A DNA stretch of 50,285 nucleotides from a virus (taxonomy: Duplodnaviria > Caudoviricetes). The notes beneath the pieces are model-generated. The model ran no database searches. It was not told where the DNA came from and saw nothing but the letters and a program-made list of their open reading frames with translations. The DNA lies in IMG/VR virus record IMGVR_UViG_3300011253_000436, positions 1 through 50,285 of that record; one strand, 5' to 3'. This document shows, piece by piece, positions 18,269 to 28,973 of this stretch (its first letter is position 1; every line of letters starts with the position of its first letter). A program made the position numbers and the translations under genes.

Positions 18269-20167
18269 ATGGCTAATACCGTAGAATCAAGAACAAGTGG
18301 CCTCCCTGCGGCCTCCACTAACTTTAACGACTTAGTAGGGGCATCTAACACTACTGCTAGTACTGCTCTAGGGGGTTTAGGTGCGCTTAGTAGTGACGCT
18401 AAACAAAGCGAAAACCCTAACCTGAGAAATACAGCAGCAGAGTTTAGGCAGCTAGAAACCATAGGCGGGCTTACTGCGGATCAAACTGCGGCAGGGTTAG
18501 TTACTGGTGCTGTAGATATTATACGAGACGACCAACGTCTAGCAGGCAACATCCCGACTATAACTGGCGGACAGATTCAATCAGGTCTACTAGACTCAAC
18601 CGACCCTAGATACTCTTTAGACCCTACTGCGGGAGCTATAGACATTGCGGTTGCTCCTGCGGCAGAAACTATACAAACTCAAGACTCTAGAACTGGGACA
18701 GAAGGGCAGTATGACGTTGCTTCTTCTGTAGATGCGGTAGAAGACGTTTTAGCTGTAGGTGCGGAAGGTACTCTCAGTGAAGACACCGTTATTGACGAAG
18801 CTGCCCAAATAGATATAAGTGCTACTGCTAGAGGGGAGACTGAGTTAGGGGACGCATTAGACGACCATGTAAGTTACGACATTGCTAATGTAATAGACAC
18901 CAGTACTGTAGCAGGTAAGCTACTAGCAGACGAGCTGGGCGAAGGTAACTACATAGATTCTAAAGCCACTATTAAAGGGCAGTTAGATATACTAGCTAAA
19001 GACTTCACTGACTCTAACGGTAATCCTGTCATCCCTACATGGGCAGCTAGCAGTTATCGCGGTGTTAATCGTATGATGGCATTCAAAGGTGTATCTGGTA
19101 CTGCGGCTATGGCTGCTGTGTCTGCTGCACTAATGGAATCTTCATTAGATATAGCTAAAGGGGACTCTAAGTTTTTCGAGACTATTACCTTACGAAATCT
19201 AGATAATGCCCAACAGACTACTATAAATAGAGCTAACGTGCTGTCTAAATTGGAGATAGCTAACTTAGATAACCGACAGGAAGCCTTAGTAACTAACGCC
19301 AAATCCTTCTTGGCTTTAGATTTAAAGAATCTAGACAATGACCAGCAAGCAGAGTTAGTGAATGCAGAAATGCGCTCTCAGGCAATCTTTGACGAAACTA
19401 ATGCGGTAAACATCCAACGCAAGTTTGAAGCCCAGACTGAAGTTGAGCTAATGCAAACATACGACACTTTGAAAGTAGAAGTGGATCAGTTTAACGCTAA
19501 CCAAAGGCAGGCCCACGCTGAGTTTGTTACTAATACAGACCTAGCTGAATCTAAATTTAATGCCGACCTAGCTAACCAACGAGAGCAGTTTGAAATAAAA
19601 AACCAGCTTTTGATAGATGATACTAATGCTAAATGGCGACAAGATATTACTTTAACCAATACAGAAATGGCGTTTACCGCAGCAGCTACTGACATTAAAA
19701 ACTCTCTAGCTATCTCGGTAGAAGGTTTGAACCGTCTCTGGGACCAAGCAGACGCTGCGTTCGATTATCTGTGGAAGGCTACTGAAAACGAGTTAGATAG
19801 ATCGTCATCTTTATCGCAGACTATTATCTCTGGTGAGTATGGGGAGTCTGCTTCTAAAAGAGATGCGGCGGCAAGAAAGTCAGCAGGTAAATCGTCTATG
19901 CTAGGTTCTATAATAGGTGGCATCATCGGGATAAGTGATCGTCGCCTGAAGAAAAACATTAAGAAGGTTGGGCGTAACCTCGCAGGTTACGGGTATTACA
20001 CTTGGGAATGGACCGACGAAGCTCTAGAGTTAGGGGCAGCACAATACGGTACTGAAGGGGTTATTGCTCAAGAGATACAAGAAGTATACCCAGAGGCAGT
20101 AATTACTAACCTAGATACTGGCTACCTAATGGTTAACTACTCTTTACTGGAGACTAAAGCAGCATGA
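18269..20167 (+). CDS. Internal virion (ejection-like) protein with a C-terminal peptidase S74-like autoprocessing domain
   Basis: Long Q/N/A-rich helical region, a GSIIGGIIGI segment, then SDRRLKKNI..Y.WEW..GVIAQEI..YPEAV..GYLMVNY. Confidence 0.7.
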   Translation: MANTVESRTSGLPAASTNFNDLVGASNTTASTALGGLGALSSDAKQSENPNLRNTAAEFRQLETIGGLTADQTAAGLVTGAVDIIRDDQRLAGNIPTITGGQIQSGLLDSTDPRYSLDPTAGAIDIAVAPAAETIQTQDSRTGTEGQYDVASSVDAVEDVLAVGAEGTLSEDTVIDEAAQIDISATARGETELGDALDDHVSYDIANVIDTSTVAGKLLADELGEGNYIDSKATIKGQLDILAKDFTDSNGNPVIPTWAASSYRGVNRMMAFKGVSGTAAMAAVSAALMESSLDIAKGDSKFFETITLRNLDNAQQTTINRANVLSKLEIANLDNRQEALVTNAKSFLALDLKNLDNDQQAELVNAEMRSQAIFDETNAVNIQRKFEAQTEVELMQTYDTLKVEVDQFNANQRQAHAEFVTNTDLAESKFNADLANQREQFEIKNQLLIDDTNAKWRQDITLTNTEMAFTAAATDIKNSLAISVEGLNRLWDQADAAFDYLWKATENELDRSSSLSQTIISGEYGESASKRDAAARKSAGKSSMLGSIIGGIIGISDRRLKKNIKKVGRNLAGYGYYTWEWTDEALELGAAQYGTEGVIAQEIQEVYPEAVITNLDTGYLMVNYSLLETKAA

Positions 20168-20391
20168 ATTTAAACACAGCATTTAAACGAAGTATATCCC
20201 GTTATTTAGACGGGGTTGGGGTAAAGGAAATAGACAACGCTAGCGAAGAGCCATTTGTATTCACTTTAGATACGTTAGAAGCTATTGCAGATACAGTATT
20301 GGAAGATAAACGTACTGCTAAGAAAAAAGCAGATAAGAAAAAGAAGCGCAATAAAAAGAAAGTCGAGGAGCTAGATACAGATGAGGAATAA
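20164..20391 (+). CDS. Hypothetical protein
   Basis: 75 aa coupled by ATGA; Lys-rich then acidic tail. Confidence 0.6.
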   Translation: MNLNTAFKRSISRYLDGVGVKEIDNASEEPFVFTLDTLEAIADTVLEDKRTAKKKADKKKKRNKKKVEELDTDEE

Positions 20392-20953
20392 AAAGTATGC
20401 CGCAATAGACGGCCCTATCCCCGGCGAAAACTTAATCTCCGACGAAAGAAACTACCCTTGGAGAAGAGCACCTGACTACGCAGATCTAAACGATGCTATG
20501 GAATTTCTCATAGATAGCATATCAGAGAAGCCTAAGTTATTTGCAGTTTTAAATGCGCTAGAAAATGAAATAACAGTGGCTCAGTTTTCTCAGACAATAG
20601 TAATGAGTGCCATGACTCAAGGTAGATTTACCTTAGACTTTGCCCTTCTTTTAGCGGGGCCTCTAGCCAAGTACATCTCTATATTAGCTGAAGGCTACGA
20701 CGTAGATTATGACATGGGCGTAGAAGAAGAGTACACATTCTATCCTAAACAACTTGTGGATGCTTCTCAGTTAGATTTCGATACTGAAAAAGAAATGAGT
20801 ACCATCACTGAAGACGAAGAAGAAGACGTTAATGAAGAGGCCAGAGAAGGTTTGATGATGGCTATGAGAGAAGAGCCTGCTGAAGTAGCCTCTGAGGAAG
20901 AACAAGACTCCATGTTGGGGTATAACAAAGACGAAGACGAGGAGTTAGTATAA
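20381..20953 (+). CDS. Conserved phage virion protein
   Basis: DGPIPGENL...YPWRRAP motif; located among the internal virion genes. Confidence 0.6.
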   Translation: MRNKKYAAIDGPIPGENLISDERNYPWRRAPDYADLNDAMEFLIDSISEKPKLFAVLNALENEITVAQFSQTIVMSAMTQGRFTLDFALLLAGPLAKYISILAEGYDVDYDMGVEEEYTFYPKQLVDASQLDFDTEKEMSTITEDEEEDVNEEAREGLMMAMREEPAEVASEEEQDSMLGYNKDEDEELV

Positions 20954-23112
20954 TGGCTGCACCAGACGTATATTCAAGTTTTATGAGCGGGTTCTCCGAG
21001 TCATACGGCATGGCTTCTAAAATGAAAAGTGAAAGAGAAAAGAGCGCCTTAACTAAAGCTGCCACATTGGTATCTGGGGTAGACGATTGGAAAGAGGTCA
21101 AAGCTGACCGAGATCTTATGTTGACTCAAGCTCAACAGATGGTGGAAGAGTTAGATTTAAGCAAGGACGGCACTAACGCTGCTCTAAAAGAAGTATATAA
21201 AAGACTAGAGGCCAACCAAACTTCAAAGGAAAGATACAAAGTAGTTAAGGAATCCCTAGTAGATTCTGGAACTACCTCCTTTAGCCTAGATCCGAATTAT
21301 AAACCAGAAGAAACTGAAGTGGATGCCCAAACAGAAGAGGCTATTCCGGGAGTTAAAAACCCAGATAACCAACTTACTCCAGAGAAAAAGGAAGTAGTGG
21401 ACACTGGGCTAGGTAAAGTAGTAGAAGAGAGAGACGTACCCGATAACACTGAAAAAGGCTCGAAAATAAGTAAGTTTCTAGGTCTGTTCGATGGGCAAGG
21501 TAGGATAGATGCTCGTGCATTAGAAGTAGCCTCGGATGCTGTAGGGGGTGATGACATCCTTTCTGAATACAGAGCGTATCAAACTACAGGGAAGCTACCT
21601 ACTCTAGCTGAGTTTGCGGATTTACCTGACGACGTTTCTATTGTTGTAGGCTACTCAACGCCTCTAGGTAAGGGTTGGACAGTGGAGAAAATAGCAAAAG
21701 ATTTAGGTACTGCTGAACAGGCTCACGCTTTCCTAGCTACCTTAAAAGGCCCTGAACATGAAAAGGCTAGGAAGTATCTGGTCGAGTACGCAGCTAGCGT
21801 AAAAGATTCGAATAGCCTATACAATATATCTATGGGGGTGACTAAGCCTGACGAAATTAGGAATGCGGCATTGTTCGAAGCTAAAGTAGAAGCCGGTATA
21901 CTTCGTGCTACCGATGGGAAGCCTAATTTAGATACTTTCGGTGGTATTTTCAAGGCTTGGGAGAAAGCAGATAGAGAAATAGGCCTAAGTTACGCGGATA
22001 GCACTAAAGGTAAACTGCTTGCCGGAGCCACCACTCCAGTACTGGCGGAACAAGCTAGAGGGCAGATAGACTCATTAGTAGCAGCAGGCGAGCTTACAGA
22101 AGAGGAGGGGGTAGACTTAGACACCACCCTCTCCGATCTAAAAGAAAGTATGATTAAAGTTAAATCCGCCGAGGCAGAAGCTACTAAAAATCCTACTTCG
22201 TATGTAGACAGAAAGAAAGCTAACATAATACTAGCAGACGGCACTGCTGTAGGTGTAGGTAGCATAGACACCAATGGTGATTTCAGATTACATGGAAAGA
22301 AACTGGAAACCACCGTTAACGGGCAGTCTTATTTTGCAGTGAGCGACGACGAGCTTTCTCGTTTTGATACCGTATCAAAGGAGATTAAAGGTTTTAATAC
22401 TAAGTTACAGGGCCTTAACAGCGCCTTAGTTAGAATGAATAAAATGTCGAAGCTAGTTGAGAGGACGGGGGGTGATGTACTTACAGAAGCAGCAGGAATA
22501 TCCCAAGGCCTTACTATGTTCTCTAAGTCTATGGATTTCTTCCTTGAAGCAGGGCTGTCCGGTAACGGTCCTATCGACATAAAAAATGTGTACACCGGTA
22601 TGGATGGAAATACACAAGGAATAATCACGGATATGCTAGGGTTGGAAATCCCCAAGCTAAGTGCGGATGCAGCTAGGTTTGCTTCCCTTAAAATACAGGC
22701 GGCATATGCCTTAGCTCAGGCACTTGGGCAGGAAGGTAAAGGTCTTTCGGATACGGATTTAGCTTTGCAGCTAAAATCTATAGCAGGCACAAGCAACCCT
22801 GCTGCGTTTCAGGATATGCTCCACAGTATAGTGGATAATGTATATAAAGGAGTAAGGACGGAGAAGAAGGCCTACTTGGATAAATTTAAAAGTAATTTCA
22901 TTAGAAGTGAATTAGTAGACCTACAGCCCCAGATAAAGGATGACTATATCCGATCAACTTTAGCTCCTTCTAGCCAGACTTACTTGGATGCGGCATTAGC
23001 TTATACCGCAGGAACCGAAGCTATTACCCCTGTCACTGACCCTAAAGAAGAGACCAAAGACGAGCTAGACGCAAGGCTCAGAGCCAAATATGGGCTACCC
23101 CCGAAAAGCTAA
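20953..23112 (+). CDS. Putative internal virion protein
   Basis: 719 aa helical protein with an SFMSGFSE N-terminus; position before the largest internal protein. Confidence 0.6.
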   Translation: MAAPDVYSSFMSGFSESYGMASKMKSEREKSALTKAATLVSGVDDWKEVKADRDLMLTQAQQMVEELDLSKDGTNAALKEVYKRLEANQTSKERYKVVKESLVDSGTTSFSLDPNYKPEETEVDAQTEEAIPGVKNPDNQLTPEKKEVVDTGLGKVVEERDVPDNTEKGSKISKFLGLFDGQGRIDARALEVASDAVGGDDILSEYRAYQTTGKLPTLAEFADLPDDVSIVVGYSTPLGKGWTVEKIAKDLGTAEQAHAFLATLKGPEHEKARKYLVEYAASVKDSNSLYNISMGVTKPDEIRNAALFEAKVEAGILRATDGKPNLDTFGGIFKAWEKADREIGLSYADSTKGKLLAGATTPVLAEQARGQIDSLVAAGELTEEEGVDLDTTLSDLKESMIKVKSAEAEATKNPTSYVDRKKANIILADGTAVGVGSIDTNGDFRLHGKKLETTVNGQSYFAVSDDELSRFDTVSKEIKGFNTKLQGLNSALVRMNKMSKLVERTGGDVLTEAAGISQGLTMFSKSMDFFLEAGLSGNGPIDIKNVYTGMDGNTQGIITDMLGLEIPKLSADAARFASLKIQAAYALAQALGQEGKGLSDTDLALQLKSIAGTSNPAAFQDMLHSIVDNVYKGVRTEKKAYLDKFKSNFIRSELVDLQPQIKDDYIRSTLAPSSQTYLDAALAYTAGTEAITPVTDPKEETKDELDARLRAKYGLPPKS

Positions 23113-23132
23113 AACCCAATAGGATACCTTAA

Positions 23133-26100
23133 ATGTCTACAAAAAAAGAACAAGATATACAAGAGTTACTAAATAGATACGCATCCACAGGTGACGAAGA
23201 CTATCTGACGTTAGCTAAGGACCTTGATGCTGCTATGGGTACTGTAGAACCGCCCAAAGAATTACCTACTCCTACCATTGGTATGTACGAAGGTATGACA
23301 ATGGAGCAGCAACAGGGTCTATTTAAGCAGTACCAAGATGACCCTCGTGTACGCAAAACGGGGCCACTAGGTCTGCCTGTAGGAGAGGATACTTTCTTAG
23401 GTGAGCTAGCGTTTGTGGATGCAGAAGGGCAGTCGTATAAAGTACCAGAGCCTACCGCCGGAAAGGTAGCAGGCACAGAGGTAGATTTTCGTCCTGACAC
23501 TGCAACTGTTGTAGGGCAGACTATGCTTCGTAATGTCCCCGCTAACGCAGCAGATACGATAGGTACTCTATTTAGAGTAGCGGGTCAGTCGCTAAAAGAA
23601 CAAGAGGACCAGTCTGCTCTAGGGGGTGCTGTAGGGAGCGGGTTAAATACTGTAGGTGACGCACTAACTGGGTTTGCGGACGCTATACCTAAAGTAAAAG
23701 CAGGAGACGACATTAGTGATTCTGTTACTGTAGGTCTAACTGAGTTTGGTTCAGGGGGTGTTTTTGTCGCAGGCCTACTTAAAAACCTAAGTGGGACCAT
23801 GGTAAAGAATACAGGTAAGGTTATCGCTGTAGAAACTGGAGGGGTATCTACTTTAGGAGTAGACGTAGACGACGGTATTGTCGTGGGGGAAGACTCTCTA
23901 GTAGGCCTCGATCTAGATCCCTTCGGTGCAAACGAAGAAGGTATATCCACAGACCAAAAGATCTTACGTCAGAAGCTAAACTTAGCAGTAGACGGTTCGG
24001 GCTTTGCTAAAACTCTGGAAGGTGCAATAGCGGTAGCCCCTAAAGTAGTTAACTTTATAGGGGGTACATTGCGTACAGTATTAAAATCCCCAACTAAAGA
24101 AGGTATGCAGGAAGGGGTAGTAAAAGATTTAGTAGATACTATAGCTAGTGTTAACCCTGAACCCGGCTCTAATATAGTAACTCACCGACAGATACTGGAC
24201 GAAGTTATACGTTATTTAGATGAAGGGGACCCTTCTACAGTTAAGATACTTTTAGACGAAGGGGAAGACCAAGTTGAGTTAGTACTTAACACACTACAGA
24301 CCTTAGAAAGAAACCCTGCATTCTCAGACGCTACTAGACAGCAGATCCGTAATATGATGGATGGTGTACGAGGTAGAGCAGAAGTACAAGTATCCGAAGC
24401 TAAACAAGTATCTCAATTAGAAAGTGCAGTTACAGATAAAGCGACTACACTAGGAAAAGAAGGCACGTCTCCTAGAGGAACAGCGGAAGCACTTACAGGG
24501 GCCGCTAGAGAAGGCGATCTGGCTACTGGAGTCAAGGAATTAGAGCAGTTGGAAGCCGCAAAGGCTGGAGCGGAGTCTAAGGTAGCAGAAGAGATTCTAC
24601 AAGGCCTAGACGCAGTTCCCACTACTAAACTACAAGAGATTATTGCGTCTGCTAAAAAGATGGGTATTGTAGGTTTACAGAATCTAAAGAACAAAACTCA
24701 AGAGCAGGTATCGGAGTCGCTGTTTAATACTTGGGTTTCCATGACTACTCGTAAAGATGAGCTATTCTCCAATGTTAAAGGTGGCGACATAAGCGATCCT
24801 GAAGGAGTAGAAACCCTCATAAACGCTTTAGACAAAGTAGAGGGATTAGACCCTCAGAATGCACTAAAAGCTAAGACGGGTATACAGGAAACTCAACTAG
24901 AAAAGTTAATTGCCTTAAAAAAACCTAGAGTACTAGAAGCTGCTACTGAAGACACCCCAGAAGTAGTAGAAACCGCTGAAGAAGTAGCTGAAAGATTAGT
25001 AGAATTTTTTAGAAACAACTCTGAGTTTGATTTAGGTTACTTTTTTAGAGAGATACGCCCTCAACTTGCACAACAGGTCGATTCTATTCTAGGCCCTAAT
25101 GGTCCTATCAATAAAGACGCTGCAATTCCTATGCGATCTTTCATTCAATTCCTAGATTCTCAGATGGACTCTCTTGCTAAACAAGGCGACGAGGTAGGGG
25201 TAGCTGCAAAAGAAGCTATGGAATACTTTAAGGGTCCGTATGCTACTTACTGGAGAGATGGCCCTCTAAAAGATTTAGGTAATCTATACCGACAGACCTC
25301 TACTATATCAAAAGGTAAAGAGGCTGTAGAAGAAGCGGTAGACGAGGCTTCTGGGCAAATGCCGTTAGGTATAGCCGATGAAGCAGCCGGAGACCCCACT
25401 GTTGCAGTAAAACAGCCGGTAACTCAGGCCGAAGAAACTATACGCTCTGTGCAAGAGATTATATCTAGCCCAGAAAGATACCTTAGCTTCGAGCAAGTAG
25501 CTAAACTCATGGATGAAGCAGGGGAAGGGGCCGGTGATCTACACGATTTAGTGTATGTAGATCTAATTTCATCTCTACAGGTGGCCTTGAAGACACAGGA
25601 AGCCGGTACGAGCACTGTACCTGCCCTTTTAGAGAGAGTACGCCAGTATGCGTCTACTTTAATGAAGTCTGACCCACAGAAAGCCCAACAGTTAGATTCT
25701 CTTCTCGATTCTCTGGCAGACAACACCTTAGACGTTGCACAGCTATCTAGAAAGATAGAAGACGCTAGGGTTGCAGCTAAATCTAACCAAGAAGAGGCTT
25801 TAGATGGCGTTCTAGGGCCGTTTCTACGCAGACAAGGCCTAGATGTTGCCCCTACAGCAAAGCCCAGAGAAGCGCTTAACAGAGTGCTTCAGAGCACCGA
25901 GTTAGTTGAATTAGAAGACTTAGTAGCTGCCGCAAGAGCCACAGGCAACCCTAAAGTGTTGAAGGGTATACAATCAGAGTACTTAAAACTTCTACGAGAT
26001 AAGATATTCGTTAAAGGTGGGGCTACCGCAGCTAAGGGACGTAAGGCAAGTCTTGCTCAGATTGAGACCGGCTTCGACGACCCTAGAGGATTGATGGGGG

Positions 26101-26663
26101 AGAAGCTGAGGATTATGTTTGCTGACGACCCTCAGTACGTTGAAGGGTTAGGGGCTTTAGCTACATTTATACGAGACCAGCAGAAGGTAATGCAGTCTGC
26201 TAAATCTGCATCAGGTAGGTCTGATACAGCAGAAGCCGCAGCCAGAACTGGGACTATAGCTCAGATAGCAGCCTTAACTACTACAATAACCGCTACTTTA
26301 GGTAGGCTAAACCGTAAGGCTGCGGTAGCAGGTAACATAGGCGGCGGTATCATAAGAGGGAAAGCAGATGAAGTACTTAGCGATCCAGACGTTGCTAGGA
26401 TATTTGGGCAGCTAATAATGGACCCTCAGCTATTCTCTAGCACCTTGAAGTCTATTCGCCAGAAAGAGTTAGTCTCAAAGGTAGTTAACGTAGAGACCTT
26501 AGTAGGCATACTGACCGCAGGTATACGAGGTAACATATTCGGTGGCAATGCGGAGGCTCTAAGCCAAGAAGAACTGACTGCCCTTGCTATGCAACTGTCG
26601 GATGACATTGAAGCAGATCCAGATACTACAGACCAACAAACAGAAGAGGCACTTAGCAAGTGA
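23133..26663 (+). CDS. Putative large internal virion protein
   Basis: 1176 aa helical protein; podovirus ejection-protein position. Confidence 0.6.
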   Translation: MSTKKEQDIQELLNRYASTGDEDYLTLAKDLDAAMGTVEPPKELPTPTIGMYEGMTMEQQQGLFKQYQDDPRVRKTGPLGLPVGEDTFLGELAFVDAEGQSYKVPEPTAGKVAGTEVDFRPDTATVVGQTMLRNVPANAADTIGTLFRVAGQSLKEQEDQSALGGAVGSGLNTVGDALTGFADAIPKVKAGDDISDSVTVGLTEFGSGGVFVAGLLKNLSGTMVKNTGKVIAVETGGVSTLGVDVDDGIVVGEDSLVGLDLDPFGANEEGISTDQKILRQKLNLAVDGSGFAKTLEGAIAVAPKVVNFIGGTLRTVLKSPTKEGMQEGVVKDLVDTIASVNPEPGSNIVTHRQILDEVIRYLDEGDPSTVKILLDEGEDQVELVLNTLQTLERNPAFSDATRQQIRNMMDGVRGRAEVQVSEAKQVSQLESAVTDKATTLGKEGTSPRGTAEALTGAAREGDLATGVKELEQLEAAKAGAESKVAEEILQGLDAVPTTKLQEIIASAKKMGIVGLQNLKNKTQEQVSESLFNTWVSMTTRKDELFSNVKGGDISDPEGVETLINALDKVEGLDPQNALKAKTGIQETQLEKLIALKKPRVLEAATEDTPEVVETAEEVAERLVEFFRNNSEFDLGYFFREIRPQLAQQVDSILGPNGPINKDAAIPMRSFIQFLDSQMDSLAKQGDEVGVAAKEAMEYFKGPYATYWRDGPLKDLGNLYRQTSTISKGKEAVEEAVDEASGQMPLGIADEAAGDPTVAVKQPVTQAEETIRSVQEIISSPERYLSFEQVAKLMDEAGEGAGDLHDLVYVDLISSLQVALKTQEAGTSTVPALLERVRQYASTLMKSDPQKAQQLDSLLDSLADNTLDVAQLSRKIEDARVAAKSNQEEALDGVLGPFLRRQGLDVAPTAKPREALNRVLQSTELVELEDLVAAARATGNPKVLKGIQSEYLKLLRDKIFVKGGATAAKGRKASLAQIETGFDDPRGLMGEKLRIMFADDPQYVEGLGALATFIRDQQKVMQSAKSASGRSDTAEAAARTGTIAQIAALTTTITATLGRLNRKAAVAGNIGGGIIRGKADEVLSDPDVARIFGQLIMDPQLFSSTLKSIRQKELVSKVVNVETLVGILTAGIRGNIFGGNAEALSQEELTALAMQLSDDIEADPDTTDQQTEEALSK

Positions 26664-28717
26664 TATACAGTCTAACGTACAACCCCACAGCAGAGGATCA
26701 CGATACTCTTACTCTAAAGGGTGACGGTGCTATAGACTTTGAAGCCGCTAGTACTATCTTAATAAAAGATAACGAAGCTAGTGCCTTAGTTATAAAGGAA
26801 GGTGTGAATTCTTACCTGACACTTAAAACTACAGACTCTTCTGAGCAAGTAACTATACACAAAGCCACTCGTATAGCGGGAGACTTGAAGGTAGAAGGAG
26901 GGGCTTCAGGTGGAGTTAACTCTACTTCTACCCCAGTTATAGACTTGTATCAAAACGACTATCCCGCAGGCGACGATGGAGACATCTTAGGTAAAGTTAA
27001 GTTTACTGCACACAATGACAATGGGCTAACTCCAGAGACTATTGAATACGGCTCTATGTACGCCGAAATAATAGATGAAACTCCGGGGACGGAAGACGGC
27101 TCGTTACACTTCGGTGTGCAGACAGCAGGCTCCTTAGCTGCAACTGTACTTACTTTGAATGGCACAGTATCTACGCTAAATACTCCGTTAGTAATTAACA
27201 GTGATTACATGGAATTAGTAAGTACACAAACGTCTTCACAAGGAGAAATGCCAGTCCTTTCTTTGTACCGTAATAATACTACGGATATATCAGATTCAGA
27301 CGACATAGGTTCTATACGGTTCTTTGCTACTAACGAAGATAACCTAAAGTGCTTTTACGCAGGGATATACGCAGATGCTATAAAGCAAGACGACGACGGA
27401 GCGCATCAAGGAGCCATCAGGTTTCATTTAGCAGACGGAGGCGGTGGGGCTACTAGTTTTGGTACTGTAACTACTTCTATAGCGGGGGACGAAGACCCTA
27501 TAATGTCTCTGTTTAAGTACGGCTTATCTATGTCGCCTAACAATGATTTTATTCTAGGGCAGAACGGGGTACTTACTTTCGAGGGAGCTACCTCAAACAG
27601 CAATGAGACTCACCTTTTTTGCGTAGATCCTACTAATAATGACAACACTATCCTGCTCCCAGATGCTAGTGGCACAGTAGTATTAAAAGATAGTACAGAT
27701 ACGCTAACTAACAAATCTATAGCAGCAACTCAGTTAACCGGCACAATAGATAACGGTAGGCTACCTGCTGCTGCAACTAATATCACTTCTGTAGGTACGT
27801 TAAGTGGCTTGACTACTGGCGCTACTACAGTTAACGGTGCGCTTACCGTCAACAATGACTACATGGAACTGAGAGGAACTAACGATGGGGGGGATAACAC
27901 CTTACCGCTTTTGTCTATCTTTAGAGATGTTGCTGTAGCAGGGGTAGGGAGCGATCCTTTAGGTGGTATAGTGTTTAGTGGGCGTAACGAAGACGACAGG
28001 AAGGTCTCTTATGCCTCTGTCTATGCTGTTAGCTCTAACCAAGCCGATGATGGGGAACACGAAGGGGGGAGCATAGCCTTTACTGTTGCCGATGGCTCTG
28101 GTGCAGTAGATCCTTTTGACGACTTCAATAACGGAGAATTTGACACAGGGCATTCGGTAGTCCTTAACGCAAGCTCTACTAGGCTACAGACTTCGGGGTA
28201 CTTAGAGAGTACAGAAGGTAGGTTATTACTAGGCTCAAAACAAAATATACACAGTAGTGCGTTGCAAGGGGACGCTGGACAAAGTAGCTATGACCTGCAT
28301 ATGCCTGAAAGTAAAAGAGCTAAAGTTATGCAGATAGGCGGCATAGGCCCGTTTGATGCGTGGATTACAGGGAACCAATCCGTAGCTCAGATGATACAAT
28401 ACCGAGGCCAGAACATGATTATAGTGTCAGGCGGAGCACTTGAATTTGAATTACCCGCTTGTGCAGCATCTTCAGATATTAGTACAACTACCTGCAATAT
28501 AGGCGACATTTTTCAGATAAGTAACGCTGCTGGAGGCGCTTTAACTATAGACAGAGATGGTAGTGGTACAGCCCAAACGATATACCATTTCCCTAGCTTA
28601 ACGCTTACTCCGTTTACTAATAACCCTACGTTAGCTGTCGGTGGCACCATGATGCTACAAGCAGTAGCCGCTAATGTTTGGATGATATTTAACGACTCAG
28701 GATTATCAGATGCCTAA
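26660..28717 (+). CDS. Tail fibre / receptor-binding protein
   Basis: G/S/T/D-rich beta protein with three repeated domains, TILLPDASGTV and TLTNKSI fibre motifs; followed by a chaperone gene. Confidence 0.75.
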   Translation: MIYSLTYNPTAEDHDTLTLKGDGAIDFEAASTILIKDNEASALVIKEGVNSYLTLKTTDSSEQVTIHKATRIAGDLKVEGGASGGVNSTSTPVIDLYQNDYPAGDDGDILGKVKFTAHNDNGLTPETIEYGSMYAEIIDETPGTEDGSLHFGVQTAGSLAATVLTLNGTVSTLNTPLVINSDYMELVSTQTSSQGEMPVLSLYRNNTTDISDSDDIGSIRFFATNEDNLKCFYAGIYADAIKQDDDGAHQGAIRFHLADGGGGATSFGTVTTSIAGDEDPIMSLFKYGLSMSPNNDFILGQNGVLTFEGATSNSNETHLFCVDPTNNDNTILLPDASGTVVLKDSTDTLTNKSIAATQLTGTIDNGRLPAAATNITSVGTLSGLTTGATTVNGALTVNNDYMELRGTNDGGDNTLPLLSIFRDVAVAGVGSDPLGGIVFSGRNEDDRKVSYASVYAVSSNQADDGEHEGGSIAFTVADGSGAVDPFDDFNNGEFDTGHSVVLNASSTRLQTSGYLESTEGRLLLGSKQNIHSSALQGDAGQSSYDLHMPESKRAKVMQIGGIGPFDAWITGNQSVAQMIQYRGQNMIIVSGGALEFELPACAASSDISTTTCNIGDIFQISNAAGGALTIDRDGSGTAQTIYHFPSLTLTPFTNNPTLAVGGTMMLQAVAANVWMIFNDSGLSDA

Positions 28718-28973
28718 CATACAAGACTTACTAGATAGTGGTGATTTTGCAGCAGCTTTAGCAGCCGCAGCAGAAACTTATGTAGGTAAGATGCGAAGAA
28801 TAAGGAATGACTTACTTAAAGAAAGTGACATAACACAACTAGCGGATGCACCTCTTACAGACGCTAAGAAAGCAGAGTGGGTTGCTTATAGGCAGGCTTT
28901 GCGTGATATGCCGACCACTAACGCATCGGCAACCACATACGAAGAGATTACTTGGCCGGAGAAGCCTGCTTAA
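28710..28973 (+). CDS. Tail fibre assembly chaperone
   Basis: R..RNDLLKESD.TQL.D..W.AYRQALRD.P..WPEKP motif. Confidence 0.85.
   Translation: MPNIQDLLDSGDFAAALAAAAETYVGKMRRIRNDLLKESDITQLADAPLTDAKKAEWVAYRQALRDMPTTNASATTYEEITWPEKPA

Noticed and set aside
1624-28153. Many minus-strand ORFs opposite the structural genes, and plus-strand ORFs opposite the replication genes
   Set aside because: Ser/Ala/Leu-rich shadow frames of real genes, without RBS or motifs.
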